From a bacterium (lineage in GTDB: Bacteria; UBA6262; WVXT01): a stretch of DNA of 64,000 nucleotides. Location: positions 4,002 through 68,001 of the forward strand of contig JBHIBS010000001.1 of the NCBI GenBank assembly GCA_046759165.1, in the 5' to 3' direction. Position numbers and translations under genes: made by a program. Positions 25,796 through 35,723 of the stretch are shown here, in pieces. The first letter of the stretch is position 1; every line of letters starts with the position of its first letter. The notes under the pieces are model-generated. The model was not told the origin of the DNA, made no database searches, and was given only the letters and a program-made list of their open reading frames with translations.

Positions 25796-26161
25796 TTAAA
25801 GCTTAAACTTTTCAGCCCAATCGCTTATGATTGGACACTTCCAGTAGTTCCCTTTAAGAACTTGAACGATTCCCACAAGAGACAGGAAAAAAAGAACCAA
25901 AGATCCTCCTGCAAAAATTAGCTGGCCCACAACTGGAATCATATTTACAGCTACAAGAGCGACTTCCAGAAGAAAAATAACGAATCCTTGCTTAGCATGG
26001 AAAATGGCAAACTTGTTAACCTTCCTCGAAAATACCGGAAGCATCCTCAATGTGGAGAAATAGACAATGGGAACCAAACAGAGAATTGACAGGTAAGTTA
26101 TCACTCCAAAAATTTTCCCCTCCATAATTATCCCTTCTTCATTTCTTGGTCCCTCTGCCAC
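25796..26161 (-). CDS. Small integral membrane protein (three predicted TM helices; family tentative, possibly DUF4870-like)
   Basis: 121 aa with three hydrophobic segments. Overlaps the udg start by 23 nt. Confidence 0.4.
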   Translation of the reverse strand: MAEGPRNEEGIIMEGKIFGVITYLSILCLVPIVYFSTLRMLPVFSRKVNKFAIFHAKQGFVIFLLEVALVAVNMIPVVGQLIFAGGSLVLFFLSLVGIVQVLKGNYWKCPIISDWAEKFKL

Positions 26162-26891
26162 AAAAATTACCTCCCATTATCATAGCCTTCTTTATCTTCT
26201 TCACATCTTCCCACACTTCCCTTTTTCTCGCCGGGTCTCTCAAAAGATATGCTGGATGGTAAGTGGGAATGACCTTTATAGGCTGTCCAAACCCTCCATA
26301 AGGCGGACAAAAATCGTGGAACTTACCACGAAGTTTCCCAATGCCCTCACTTAAGTTTAAAAGCGCCTTGGTAGCCGGTGAACCCAAAGTACAGATGATT
26401 TTGGGCTTGATAATTCCAATCTGTTTAAGCAAGACTGGAAGACACTGAGCTACCTCATCCTGAGTTGGCGGTCGGTCATTACCTCTCATCTCGGGGTGGG
26501 TGGGATCTCTCATTGGATGACATTTCACAATATTGGAAATGTATACTTCTTCTCTGGTCAGCGCAATCGATTCAATTATTTTGGTTAAAAGCTGTCCAGC
26601 TTTCCCCACAAAGGGAATTCCCAACCGATCTTCATCGAAACCGGGCCCCTCACCAACAAACATTAATTGAGCTTTGGAATTCCCGGCTCCGAACACCAAA
26701 TTTGTCCTCGTTTTCCCTAATTTACACTTTTGACAATCCTCTACGCTCCTTGCCAAATCATCTAAGGCTTGTGATCCAGCCCTCCTTTCTTCCAGATGTT
26801 GCACAAACTCTCTCACTCCCCTATCTCTTTCTTGCTCAAGAAACTTCCTAGTTATTGAAATTAACTCAGCAAACTCTTTGCGTCTATTCAA
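26139..26891 (-). CDS. Uracil-DNA glycosylase, family 4 (Fe-S type)
   Basis: GEGPGFDEDRLGIPFVGKAGQLL and Cys-rich CxxC...C motifs typical of family 4 UDG. Confidence 0.85.
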   Translation of the reverse strand: MNRRKEFAELISITRKFLEQERDRGVREFVQHLEERRAGSQALDDLARSVEDCQKCKLGKTRTNLVFGAGNSKAQLMFVGEGPGFDEDRLGIPFVGKAGQLLTKIIESIALTREEVYISNIVKCHPMRDPTHPEMRGNDRPPTQDEVAQCLPVLLKQIGIIKPKIICTLGSPATKALLNLSEGIGKLRGKFHDFCPPYGGFGQPIKVIPTYHPAYLLRDPARKREVWEDVKKIKKAMIMGGNFCGRGTKK

Positions 26892-26906
26892 TTCTAAGTC
26901 CTAAGC

Positions 26907-28121
26907 TCATTTCATAAATTCTTTTGCTTCCGATAGTATCTTTTCGGCTATCCTTTCCTTTTTCATTTTCCGTAAGAAGATTTTTTTTCCTGACTTTATG
27001 AAAATTTTAACTGTGGCTTCATCTCGGCTCATTACTTGAGGAGCATTAGCTATAATCATATCGAGATTCTTCCCTTTCAGTTTCTCGCGGGCGTTCCTTT
27101 CCAAATCTCTTGTCTCTAAGGCGAACCCAATTAAGAATTTCGCGCCTTTCTGTTTGCCCAATTGACCGAGTATATCGGGGTTCCTTATCAAATTTATACT
27201 TTTCCTTTTCAGGTTGCTTTTAATTTTATCTTTCTCCCTCTCCTCTGGGCGGTAATCGCTGACAGCAGCGGAAGCAATAACCACATCGGAGCGAGGAAAG
27301 TGTTTTACGACTTCCTTTTCCATATCCAGGGCTGACTCTATAAATATGGTCTTCAGTCCTTCTGGTGGTGCAATATTTGTAGGACCGCTAATTAATATTA
27401 CCTTTGCCCCTCTCCTTTGGGCTACTTCAGCCAAAATATAGCCCATTTTGCCCGAAGAAGCATTTGATATAAACCTCACTGGGTCCAGGTACTCATGAGT
27501 GGGACCGGCGGTAATGAGAAAAGTCTTACCTACCATATCTTTTTCCCTATCCAAAATATCCTTAACACCCTCTATAATCTCATCATTACTAGCTAACCTT
27601 CCTAAGCCAATCTTTCCTGAGGCGAGCTCCCCGAATCCCGGTCCAATAAATTTGAATCCCTTCTCTTTCAACTTTTCAATGTTGGCTTGTGTGAAACTAT
27701 TCTTATACATAGTTTCATGCATTGCTGGTGCTATTAAAGTAGGGGCCTTGGTTGCCAAAACGCTAGCTGTCAGGAGATCGTCAGCAATGCCAGTGGCTAA
27801 TTTTGCAATGGTGTTGGCTGTAGCAGGGGCAATCAAAATTAAGTCTGCTCTTTCGGCCAAGGAAATATGCTCGAGTTTCCATTCTTCCCGCAAATCGAAA
27901 AGATTTAGATAGACTCTATTTCCAGAGAGAGTCTGAAGAGTTAAAGGGGTGACGAAATGAGTAGCTGACCTGGTCATTACCACAAAAACTTCAGCACCCA
28001 ACTCTTTTAGGCAAGAAACTATCCCACAGGCCTTGTAAGCAGCAATACTGCCTGTTATGCCTAGAACGATTTTTCTACCCGAAAAGGGTTTATTTTCCTT
28101 CAGGTTTCTTTTTCTGGACAC
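26907..28121 (-). CDS. coaBC: Bifunctional phosphopantothenoylcysteine decarboxylase / phosphopantothenate-cysteine ligase CoaBC
   Basis: KIVLGITGSIAAYKA flavoprotein N-terminus plus C-terminal CoaB ligase domain. The open frame runs to 28202 but overlaps the rpoZ 3' end. A GTG at 28121, 4 nt after the rpoZ stop, is the likelier start. Confidence 0.88.
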   Translation of the reverse strand: MSRKRNLKENKPFSGRKIVLGITGSIAAYKACGIVSCLKELGAEVFVVMTRSATHFVTPLTLQTLSGNRVYLNLFDLREEWKLEHISLAERADLILIAPATANTIAKLATGIADDLLTASVLATKAPTLIAPAMHETMYKNSFTQANIEKLKEKGFKFIGPGFGELASGKIGLGRLASNDEIIEGVKDILDREKDMVGKTFLITAGPTHEYLDPVRFISNASSGKMGYILAEVAQRRGAKVILISGPTNIAPPEGLKTIFIESALDMEKEVVKHFPRSDVVIASAAVSDYRPEEREKDKIKSNLKRKSINLIRNPDILGQLGKQKGAKFLIGFALETRDLERNAREKLKGKNLDMIIANAPQVMSRDEATVKIFIKSGKKIFLRKMKKERIAEKILSEAKEFMK

Positions 28122-28125
28122 TTTC

Positions 28126-28347
28126 CTATTTTGAGGCCTTTCCCTTTGTGGTTCCCCTCCGATTGATATCCTTACTGGCCACTTCGTATAGCGCTTCCAC
28201 AATTCTCTCAGGTGTCATCTTGATTTTTCCGTCTTTCTTCGTTTTCTCTTTTAATAACTTTGAGGTTAAAAGGATCAACTTGTATTTATTAGATACATTA
28301 TCGAGCAACAATTTATCGAGTGGAGGTTTAGCTTTGTCTTTTCCCAT
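28126..28347 (-). CDS. rpoZ: DNA-directed RNA polymerase subunit omega
   Basis: LLDNVSNKYKLILLTSKLLKE matches the RpoZ core; conserved gmk-rpoZ-coaBC order. Confidence 0.85.
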   Translation of the reverse strand: MGKDKAKPPLDKLLLDNVSNKYKLILLTSKLLKEKTKKDGKIKMTPERIVEALYEVASKDINRRGTTKGKASK

Positions 28348-28395
28348 TCTTTCTAATCCAGCTAAATCCGGAATTTGGCAGATTTAAACATTTCG

Positions 28396-29004
28396 CTACA
28401 GAAGATTCAGTTTCTGTATCTTTTCTTTCGACCTTCTTACTCTATTCTTTTCCGCCACTACAATGCATTTAAGCTGCCTGAAAGCATCTACTAATCGATC
28501 ATTAATCACTAAATAGTCATAACTTCTTAGCCGTCGTATTTCCCACCGAGCATTAGTGAGTCTTTTTTTAATAGTTGCAGCGTTGTTCCTCCTTCGTCCC
28601 TTAAGCCTTCCCGCCAATTCAGAAAACGAGGGAGGTGCAAGGAAGATAAAGACCGCCTCAGGATACTTCTTCTTCAATTTCATCGCACCCCGCACATCTA
28701 TGTCCAATATAATGTCTTTCCCTTTAGCCAGATTTCTTTCCACAAAATCCTTAGGCGTACCGTAGTAGTGACCATGAACGAATGCCCACTCTGCAAGCTC
28801 AGCCATTTTGATCTTCTTTTTAAACTCATTCCTTGAGACAAAGAAGTAATCCTTCCCCTCAGCTTCTCCACGCCGCGGATTTCTTGTAGTGACCGAGACC
28901 GAATAGCAGGCGTTTGGAAGATCGTTAATTAATTTTCTGCAAAGAGTCGATTTACCTGTACCCGAAGGAGCAGATATAATTATGAGTAGTCCAGATTCAA
29001 CCAT
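28396..29004 (-). CDS. gmk: Guanylate kinase
   Basis: SAPSGTGKSTL P-loop; 202 aa; synteny. Confidence 0.93.
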   Translation of the reverse strand: MVESGLLIIISAPSGTGKSTLCRKLINDLPNACYSVSVTTRNPRRGEAEGKDYFFVSRNEFKKKIKMAELAEWAFVHGHYYGTPKDFVERNLAKGKDIILDIDVRGAMKLKKKYPEAVFIFLAPPSFSELAGRLKGRRRNNAATIKKRLTNARWEIRRLRSYDYLVINDRLVDAFRQLKCIVVAEKNRVRRSKEKIQKLNLL

Positions 29005-29009
29005 TAGTT

Positions 29010-29324
29010 TTACTTCCGTTTGCTTAATTTATACTGATTCGTTCTAGGAGAAGTCTCTAGCATCTTCTTGTCGGCCTTTTCTCTCTTCTGTTGAAATCTC
29101 TCGCTAATCGTCTCTGGCTGCAATGCGGATAAGATAACGTGGTTACTATCCGTAATGATTACTGAGCGGGTACGCCGGCCACGGGTGGCATCAATCAAGC
29201 TACCCCTCTCTTTGGCTACTTCTATCAACCTTTTCACGGGCGAAGAATCGGGATTAACTACCGTGATAATTCTCTGGCCAACAACTATGTTACTAAAACC
29301 TATATTAATCAATCTCACTACCAT
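29010..29324 (-). CDS. DUF370 / RemA-like protein
   Basis: [69 protein letters not shown] closely matches RemA/YlzA; lies upstream of gmk as in Bacillus. Confidence 0.85.
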   Translation of the reverse strand: MVVRLINIGFSNIVVGQRIITVVNPDSSPVKRLIEVAKERGSLIDATRGRRTRSVIITDSNHVILSALQPETISERFQQKREKADKKMLETSPRTNQYKLSKRK

Positions 29325-29390
29325 TCTTTCTCCTTTGGGAACGGTTATATTAAAATTAAACCGATATTATAATTAAAGGTGGGCAAGATG

Positions 29391-30134
29391 TCAAATACTA
29401 ATTATTCTTATATTACCCCAGAATCCAAACTGGTCATCCTTAATTATAACTACTCCCTTAATCCCTTCAATACTCTTGGCAAAATTGATTCCTTTGGCAA
29501 TATCTCGACTCTCCTTTATTAAATTCCCCATACCGGTAGCACAGGCATCAGCCAGAGCACTGGAATTAGAAACGGCCACCGCCACATCGGCTCGACCGAA
29601 ACTGAAAGAATGACCCTGAGTTCCACTTGAAGCACAGATCCCAAGGGGAGTATCTGCGGGATGGACTTCAAGACCAACCCGGTTAGAAACCTCATCGGAT
29701 CCACAGTAGATTCCTACCTTGCGGAGTTTAGTAGTTTTTATAAAGACATCACCACCATTCTCAATTAATACATCCGAAATCTCCTCAGACAATTTTCTTC
29801 CCACCGCACCAGCGATCGCGCCGGCCACTGAGGCAAAAGGGCCTACATTGGCAAGCAGCGCTGCACGGGCCATCTCTTTAATAATTTCTGGAGCATCAGA
29901 ATCTACAGCCACAGGTCGAAAACTCACCTCAAAAATCGGGTAATTCCTTATATAATTCTCAATATCCCGCCGGCATTCTTCTATCAATTTCTCTGTTTTC
30001 GCGATGATACTTTCTAGATTTCCCTTTTTTCTCTTATCCACAGCTACGTATATGTCTGTTTCTTTCTCCTTAATTCTGAAGCTCACTAGGTCTTTGCTTT
30101 TGAACAATTCGCGATATCTTCTTTTCTCTCCCAT
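29391..30134 (-). CDS. UPF0280-like (ApbE-like fold) family protein
   Basis: Gly/Ala-rich segment VGPFASVAGAIAGAVGR and ENGGDVF recalled from the UPF0280 family. Assignment is by memory, not search. Confidence 0.4.
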   Translation of the reverse strand: MGEKRRYRELFKSKDLVSFRIKEKETDIYVAVDKRKKGNLESIIAKTEKLIEECRRDIENYIRNYPIFEVSFRPVAVDSDAPEIIKEMARAALLANVGPFASVAGAIAGAVGRKLSEEISDVLIENGGDVFIKTTKLRKVGIYCGSDEVSNRVGLEVHPADTPLGICASSGTQGHSFSFGRADVAVAVSNSSALADACATGMGNLIKESRDIAKGINFAKSIEGIKGVVIIKDDQFGFWGNIRIISI

Positions 30135-31077
30135 TCTGTTCTATCCCTATATCCTTTCTTAATTTGGTAATTACCTTTTTGAATTCCTTGGGGAAGGGGG
30201 CAGTAAATTCCACCCAATCCTTTCTAACAGGATGAACGAATCCCAATCTATATGCATGTAGGAGCTGTTGGCTCACCTCCCAATTCTTTGGAGCGGGCCG
30301 CCCATACTGACCATCTCCCACAACAGGATGTCCGATGTGTGCCAGATGGACCCTTATCTGATGCGTCCTCCCTGTCTTTGGTCTTACCTCCAAAAGTGTA
30401 AAATCTCCTAAAATTTCACGCACTCTAAAATGGGTAATTGCTTGGCGGCTACTTATCGAGGTCACAGCCATCTTCCTCCGGTCTGTAGTCTTTCTACCCA
30501 CTGGCGCCTCGATAGTTCCTTCTGGATTCATAATTTTCCCGAAAACTAAGGCCAGATACACCTTTTCCACTTTCTTATCCTCAAACTGTTTTGCCAAACG
30601 GGACAAGGAGGTGCTATTCTTGGCAACAACCATAACCCCAGAAGTGTCCTTATCCAAGCGGTGAACAAGCCCCACTCGATTAATATCAGGAAATTTTCCG
30701 CTGGCTAAACTGGGGAAATGGTATAGAAGAGCATTCACCAATGTGCCCGAATAGTTTCCACATGCGGGATGAACTACCATGCCAGCCGGTTTGTTGAGCA
30801 CAATTACAGCTTCATCTTCATAGATGATATTCAGAGGAATTTTTTCAGGAAGGGCCTTGTGAGGCTTGACTGGGAGTAAGTTTATGGTAACTACATCTTT
30901 TCCCTTGACTTTATAATGTCTGGAGACAGTCTTGCCGTTAACTAGTATATCTCCCTCCGCAATCATCTTTTGCAGGGAGCTTCTGGAATGGCCTGGAAAA
31001 GAAAAAGACAAATATAAGTCGAGTCTCTTCCCTTTTTCGCCCTTACGCACAACAAATTCTTTTGTCTCGTTAACCAA
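30070..31077 (-). CDS. rluD: RluA-family 23S rRNA pseudouridine synthase (RluD-like)
   Basis: N-terminal S4 domain and catalytic HRLDKDTSGVMVVAKN; lies downstream of lspA-ileS. Confidence 0.88.
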   Translation of the reverse strand: MVNETKEFVVRKGEKGKRLDLYLSFSFPGHSRSSLQKMIAEGDILVNGKTVSRHYKVKGKDVVTINLLPVKPHKALPEKIPLNIIYEDEAVIVLNKPAGMVVHPACGNYSGTLVNALLYHFPSLASGKFPDINRVGLVHRLDKDTSGVMVVAKNSTSLSRLAKQFEDKKVEKVYLALVFGKIMNPEGTIEAPVGRKTTDRRKMAVTSISSRQAITHFRVREILGDFTLLEVRPKTGRTHQIRVHLAHIGHPVVGDGQYGRPAPKNWEVSQQLLHAYRLGFVHPVRKDWVEFTAPFPKEFKKVITKLRKDIGIEQNGREKKISRIVQKQRPSELQN

Positions 31078-31519
31078 CGGTTTTCTCCTTACTTGGCCGC
31101 TTCTTTAAAAGAAAAAAAACCATAAGAATGCCGCCAATACAGACACCCGAATCGGCAAGGTTAAATACAGGCCAGATGCGGAAATCTAAAAAATCGATTA
31201 CAAATCCGAACCTCAACCTGTCAATAAGATTACCCAAAGCACCACCCAAAACTAACCCTAAACAGAACCTTTCCCTTGGGGACTTGAGAGCCTTTTTTCT
31301 TTCAAAAAAGACAATAAATAGAATAACAATTAAGGAAATAATGATAAAAAGAGAGTGCCCTTGAGGAAAAAGCCCGAAGGCAATGCCAGTATTCTCAACA
31401 TAAGTGATGTGGAATACACTCTGTATAACTGGAATTGACTCAGTAAGAGACATCTTTTGTCTGATTAAATACTTAGAGAGTTGGTCCAGAGATAGTAGAA
31501 TTAGAGCAATTAAGTACAC
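31070..31519 (-). CDS. lspA: Lipoprotein signal peptidase II
   Basis: NTGIAFG, FNLAD and four TM segments; ileS-lspA order. Confidence 0.9.
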   Translation of the reverse strand: MYLIALILLSLDQLSKYLIRQKMSLTESIPVIQSVFHITYVENTGIAFGLFPQGHSLFIIISLIVILFIVFFERKKALKSPRERFCLGLVLGGALGNLIDRLRFGFVIDFLDFRIWPVFNLADSGVCIGGILMVFFLLKKRPSKEKTVG

Positions 31520-31552
31520 TAAATCTTTATCCTCCGGTCGGGAGAATTGCTC

Positions 31553-34387
31553 TCACAGATTCCTCACCACTTCTACACATCTTGCACAAAGCTGGGGATG
31601 CTCTCTGTTCCCCCCGACAGCGGGACTCCAGTTCCAGCAGCGCACGCACTTTTTTCCCGGGGCCCTTTTCACCACCATATATAGTCCGGGTATCTCTTCA
31701 CCTTTCATCATGGCTTTTGATTTGTCCTTCCCTACCTCGGACGACACTAATGGTACTTCCTCGAAAACCTTCACTTCAGAAACAATGAAAATCTCCTTCC
31801 AATTTCTCTCATAATTATGGAGGAGGGTGGTCAGCTCCTTTTCCTGGGTATAAAGGTCCACTTCTGCTTCAAGAGAACTCCCGATAATCTTCTCCTTTCG
31901 CGCAATCTCCAGTGCCTTCACAACACTTCTCCTAATGAGCAAAATCTTCTCCCACTTCTTTGCCAATTGTTCGTCCCAATACTTTTTCTCCACCCGAGGA
32001 AGATTGGTCAAAAAGACACTCGGCTCCTTAATTTCTGGCATCATCTGCCACGCCTCTTCGGCAGTATGTGCCAGAATTGGTGCAGTGAGCTTAATCAAAC
32101 TTACTGCTATCTCATAAAGAACTGTCTGAGCGGACCTTCTGGGAAGAGAATTTCTGCCAAAAGTATAGAGCCTGTCCTTAAGCACATCCAGATAGAACGA
32201 GGAGAGCTCTCTGGTGCAGAAATTGTGGATAGCCGTATAAACCCGATGTAATTCGAAAGATTCGTAACCATCTACCACTTGGGAAATCAATTCCTGCAAT
32301 CTATGGAGCATCCACTGATCGATTTCTGACATATGTTCGTATCTTACCTTTTTTGAAAGATTGAAATCGTTCAAGTTTCCTAAAAGGAAACGGAAAGTGT
32401 TTCTGATCCGTCGATAAGCCTCGACGAGATGACCGAGAATCTCTGAGGAAATGCGCACATCTTCACGGTAGTCTTCCGAAGCAACCCATAGCCTTAAAAT
32501 CTCAGCACCATACTTTTCGATAATTTCCTGAGGTGAAATTACATTACCTATCGATTTGGACATTTTTCTGCCTTCACCATCAACAACAAACCCATGAGTT
32601 AAAACACTCTTAAAGGGAGCCGTCTTTCCCAGGGCAACTGCAACAATTAACGAGGTCTGAAACCAACCTCTGTGCTGGTCTGAGCCCTCCAAGTATAAGT
32701 CTGCGGGCCAGGATAGGTTTTCTCGCTCTCTCAGAACAGCTTCATGACTAACTCCGGAATCGAACCAGACATCCAGAATATCTTTCTCTTTAATGAATTC
32801 CCTTTCTTTGCACCTGCGGCACTTTGTACCTCCTGGCAGAATTTCTTCTTCTTTTCTTATATACCAAGCATCGCTTCCCTCTCTCAGAATCAAATCCTGG
32901 ACAGCACCTATGCTCTCTTCAGACATCAGCGGTTCCCCACAATTTTTACAGTAGAAGATGGGAAGTGGAACTCCCCAATACCTTTGGCGGGAAAGACACC
33001 AATCTGGTCTCCCTTCCACCATCGCCGAGATTCTATTTTCTCCAATTTTGGGAATCCACTTCACCTCTCTTATTGCTTCCAGCATCTTTTCCCTAAGCTT
33101 GTTCTTATGCACATCCAGAAACCACTGTTCTGTAGCCCGGAAAATAATCGGCTTCTTGCAGCGCCAACAATGGGGATAGGTGTGGACAATCTCTTCGGAG
33201 TGCAGAAGGTGAGAGGAATTCCTCAATTTTTCTATAATTAGCATGTTAGAAGAAAAAACTTCCACTCCTGAGAATTGTGGAACTTCCTCGGTAAACCTTC
33301 CTTTATCATCTACAGGAGCTAGAACCGGAAGCTCATATTTCAACCCAATCTGGTAATCTTCCTGTCCGTGGCCTGGAGCAATGTGAACTATCCCGGTCCC
33401 TTCTTCTATGGTCACGAAATTGGCACAGATGCCGACAGAATCCCTTCCCATAAAAGGATGAGAGCAGACAATTCCTTCGAGATCTTTACCTTTCCAAACC
33501 TTCAGAATATTATAATTTTCGATTCCAAATCTTTCCATCAGATTTGATGTTAATTCCTTAGCTACAATTATTACTTCTTCTTTTGAAGAAGGATGCGAAG
33601 GAGATAACTTTACCCATGCATATTCATATTCTGGGTGAAAAGCAAAAGCTACATTGGCGGGTAAAGTCCAGGGAGTTGTTGTCCAGATTACAACGGAAGT
33701 AGGAAGTATAAATTGACTCTCTTTGTCTTTTCCCAACTTCTTGACTGGGAATTTCGCATAGACAGAATGGGAAGTGTGATTGGAATACTCCACTTCGGCT
33801 TCGGCCAGAGCTGTCTGGCAATTTGCACACCAATAGACTGGCTTCTTTCCTCTATAAATATAACCTTGCGCAACAAGACGTTTGAATATCTCGATGATTT
33901 TACCCTCGTAATCGTAAGACATTGTTAAATAGGGATTTTCCCAGTCACCAAAAATGCCCAATCGCTTGAACTCTTCTTTCTGAATGTGGGCAAACTCTTC
34001 CGCATAAGCCCGCGCTTTCCTCCGGAATTCAACCCTGTCTATCTCTTCTTTCCTAAGACCCAGGCTCTTTAACAGTTGGTATTCGATAGGCAGCCCATGG
34101 CAATCCCATCCAGGAACGAAAGGAACACTGAACCCTTCCATCAATTTAAATTTAATGACTATATCCTTAAGAATCTTATTCAAGGCATGCCCCATATGGA
34201 TGTTTCCATTAGCATAAGGTGGACCATCATGAAGGACATACCTGGGTCCATTCTTATTCTTTTCCTGGATAGCTTCGTACGATCTCATCTCTTCCCATCT
34301 TTTCTGTATCTGCAGTTCGCGTTTTGGCAAATCGGCTTTCATCTGAAACTGAGTAGTGGGAAGGTTTATTGTCTTATTGTATTCCAT
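31553..34387 (-). CDS. ileS: Isoleucyl-tRNA synthetase (type 1, C-terminal zinc finger)
   Basis: HMGH and KMSKS motifs, CP1 editing domain, C-terminal CxxC...CxxC. Confidence 0.95.
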   Translation of the reverse strand: MEYNKTINLPTTQFQMKADLPKRELQIQKRWEEMRSYEAIQEKNKNGPRYVLHDGPPYANGNIHMGHALNKILKDIVIKFKLMEGFSVPFVPGWDCHGLPIEYQLLKSLGLRKEEIDRVEFRRKARAYAEEFAHIQKEEFKRLGIFGDWENPYLTMSYDYEGKIIEIFKRLVAQGYIYRGKKPVYWCANCQTALAEAEVEYSNHTSHSVYAKFPVKKLGKDKESQFILPTSVVIWTTTPWTLPANVAFAFHPEYEYAWVKLSPSHPSSKEEVIIVAKELTSNLMERFGIENYNILKVWKGKDLEGIVCSHPFMGRDSVGICANFVTIEEGTGIVHIAPGHGQEDYQIGLKYELPVLAPVDDKGRFTEEVPQFSGVEVFSSNMLIIEKLRNSSHLLHSEEIVHTYPHCWRCKKPIIFRATEQWFLDVHKNKLREKMLEAIREVKWIPKIGENRISAMVEGRPDWCLSRQRYWGVPLPIFYCKNCGEPLMSEESIGAVQDLILREGSDAWYIRKEEEILPGGTKCRRCKEREFIKEKDILDVWFDSGVSHEAVLRERENLSWPADLYLEGSDQHRGWFQTSLIVAVALGKTAPFKSVLTHGFVVDGEGRKMSKSIGNVISPQEIIEKYGAEILRLWVASEDYREDVRISSEILGHLVEAYRRIRNTFRFLLGNLNDFNLSKKVRYEHMSEIDQWMLHRLQELISQVVDGYESFELHRVYTAIHNFCTRELSSFYLDVLKDRLYTFGRNSLPRRSAQTVLYEIAVSLIKLTAPILAHTAEEAWQMMPEIKEPSVFLTNLPRVEKKYWDEQLAKKWEKILLIRRSVVKALEIARKEKIIGSSLEAEVDLYTQEKELTTLLHNYERNWKEIFIVSEVKVFEEVPLVSSEVGKDKSKAMMKGEEIPGLYMVVKRAPGKKCVRCWNWSPAVGGNREHPQLCARCVEVVRNL

Positions 34388-35435
34388 TTTTCAATCTTCT
34401 AGGGTGAAAAAACCTGACCATTTTCTTTCTATTGGGATGCCTGATAACACTTCTCTCAGTTATAATAGCACTCACTAACTCATGTGGTGTAAGGTCAAAA
34501 GCCGGGTTGAAGACAGCCATATTTTGGGGAGCAATTCTCCTTCCCTGTAATTCCAGAACTTCCTTGGGATCCCTCTCCTCAATCACGATATCGCCACCCT
34601 TATGAGTCCTCATATCAACAGTGGTGGAAGGAGCCGCAACGTAGAAGGGAACATCGTGATACCTCGCTAAAACAGCTAAAGCATAGGTCCCGATCTTGTT
34701 AACCACATCGCCATTTGCGGCAATTCGGTCGGCGCCCACAATGACACAACCGACAACGCCCTTCTGCATGAGATGCCCAGCCATATTATCGGTCACCAAA
34801 ACAGATGGGATCTTATCATGAACAAGCTCCCACGCGGTCAGACGGGCTCCCTGCAGTGCCGGACGTGTCTCATCCACAAAAACTTTCTTTATCCTGCCTT
34901 TGCTGTAAGCTGCTCTAATCACCCCCAGGGCTGTTCCATAACCTGCTGTAGCCAGTGAACCTGTATTGCAATGAGTAAGAATATTGGCCGGCTTATTAAT
35001 TAACTTCAGTCCATTTTTGCCAATTTGTTTGTTTAATCTAATGTCCTCTTTTAGCATATTAATGGCTTCCTTTTCAAGAGTATATTTGATCTCTTGTAAA
35101 GATTTCTTACAGTTCTTTCTGGCTAAGCCAAAGAGCCTCTCAATTGCCCAGAAGAGATTTGCTCCCGTTGGTCGGGTGTGTAAGAATCGATTTGCTATGG
35201 CGTCTAACTTTTTGAAGAACTCATCTCTGCTTCTGGCCTTGATACTTCTTGCACCCAGAGCCAGTCCCATAGCAGAAGCAATGCCAATAGCAGGAGCGCC
35301 GCGGATCGACATCCTTTCAATACAACGGGCAACTTTCTGGTAGTTCTTACACTCAATTACTTCTTCTTTATGAGGGAGCTTAGTCTGATCTAAGATATAG
35401 ACTTTTCCTTCTTTCCACCAGATTGTCTTAACCAT
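34374..35435 (-). CDS. mtnA: S-methyl-5-thioribose-1-phosphate isomerase (eIF-2B alpha/beta/delta-like)
   Basis: MtnA-like N-terminus (KVYILDQTKLP, IRGAPAIG) and conserved C-terminal region. Confidence 0.85.
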   Translation of the reverse strand: MVKTIWWKEGKVYILDQTKLPHKEEVIECKNYQKVARCIERMSIRGAPAIGIASAMGLALGARSIKARSRDEFFKKLDAIANRFLHTRPTGANLFWAIERLFGLARKNCKKSLQEIKYTLEKEAINMLKEDIRLNKQIGKNGLKLINKPANILTHCNTGSLATAGYGTALGVIRAAYSKGRIKKVFVDETRPALQGARLTAWELVHDKIPSVLVTDNMAGHLMQKGVVGCVIVGADRIAANGDVVNKIGTYALAVLARYHDVPFYVAAPSTTVDMRTHKGGDIVIEERDPKEVLELQGRRIAPQNMAVFNPAFDLTPHELVSAIITERSVIRHPNRKKMVRFFHPRRLKNGIQ

Positions 35436-35438
35436 TTT

Positions 35439-35723
35439 CTATTTTATTATGAAAGAACCTACCAGCCAAAAGAGTAGAACAAATATCACCAGAAGTGTGA
35501 TGGAAAGGGTAGACTCTTCCTGAATCGGTATAAACTTCCGCGCCTGATTGAGGATGAGCTCCGAAAAGTCCTTAATAATCGGCCCACCCAAAACGGTGCT
35601 TAAATCTTTGCCTTGCCTGGTCAGAATGAACTTGGCTAAGACTACAAGGAACAGGATAATTAACAAACTGTTAATCAGGCAACCGAGGACATTTAGTAGA
35701 AATTGCATATCCCCTCCTCTCAA
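35439..35723 (-). CDS. yggT: YggT family membrane protein
   Basis: 94 aa with two TM helices; lies downstream of proC and yggS, matching the conserved yggS-proC-yggT neighbourhood. Confidence 0.65.
   Translation of the reverse strand: MRGGDMQFLLNVLGCLINSLLIILFLVVLAKFILTRQGKDLSTVLGGPIIKDFSELILNQARKFIPIQEESTLSITLLVIFVLLFWLVGSFIIK

Noticed and set aside
28122-28202. Apparent 27-aa basic N-terminal extension of CoaBC (MWKRYTKWPVRISIGGEPQRERPQNRK)
   Set aside because: It is read in an alternate frame of the rpoZ C-terminal coding region. A GTG 4 nt after the rpoZ stop gives a CoaBC N-terminus matching Dfp (…KIVLGITGS).
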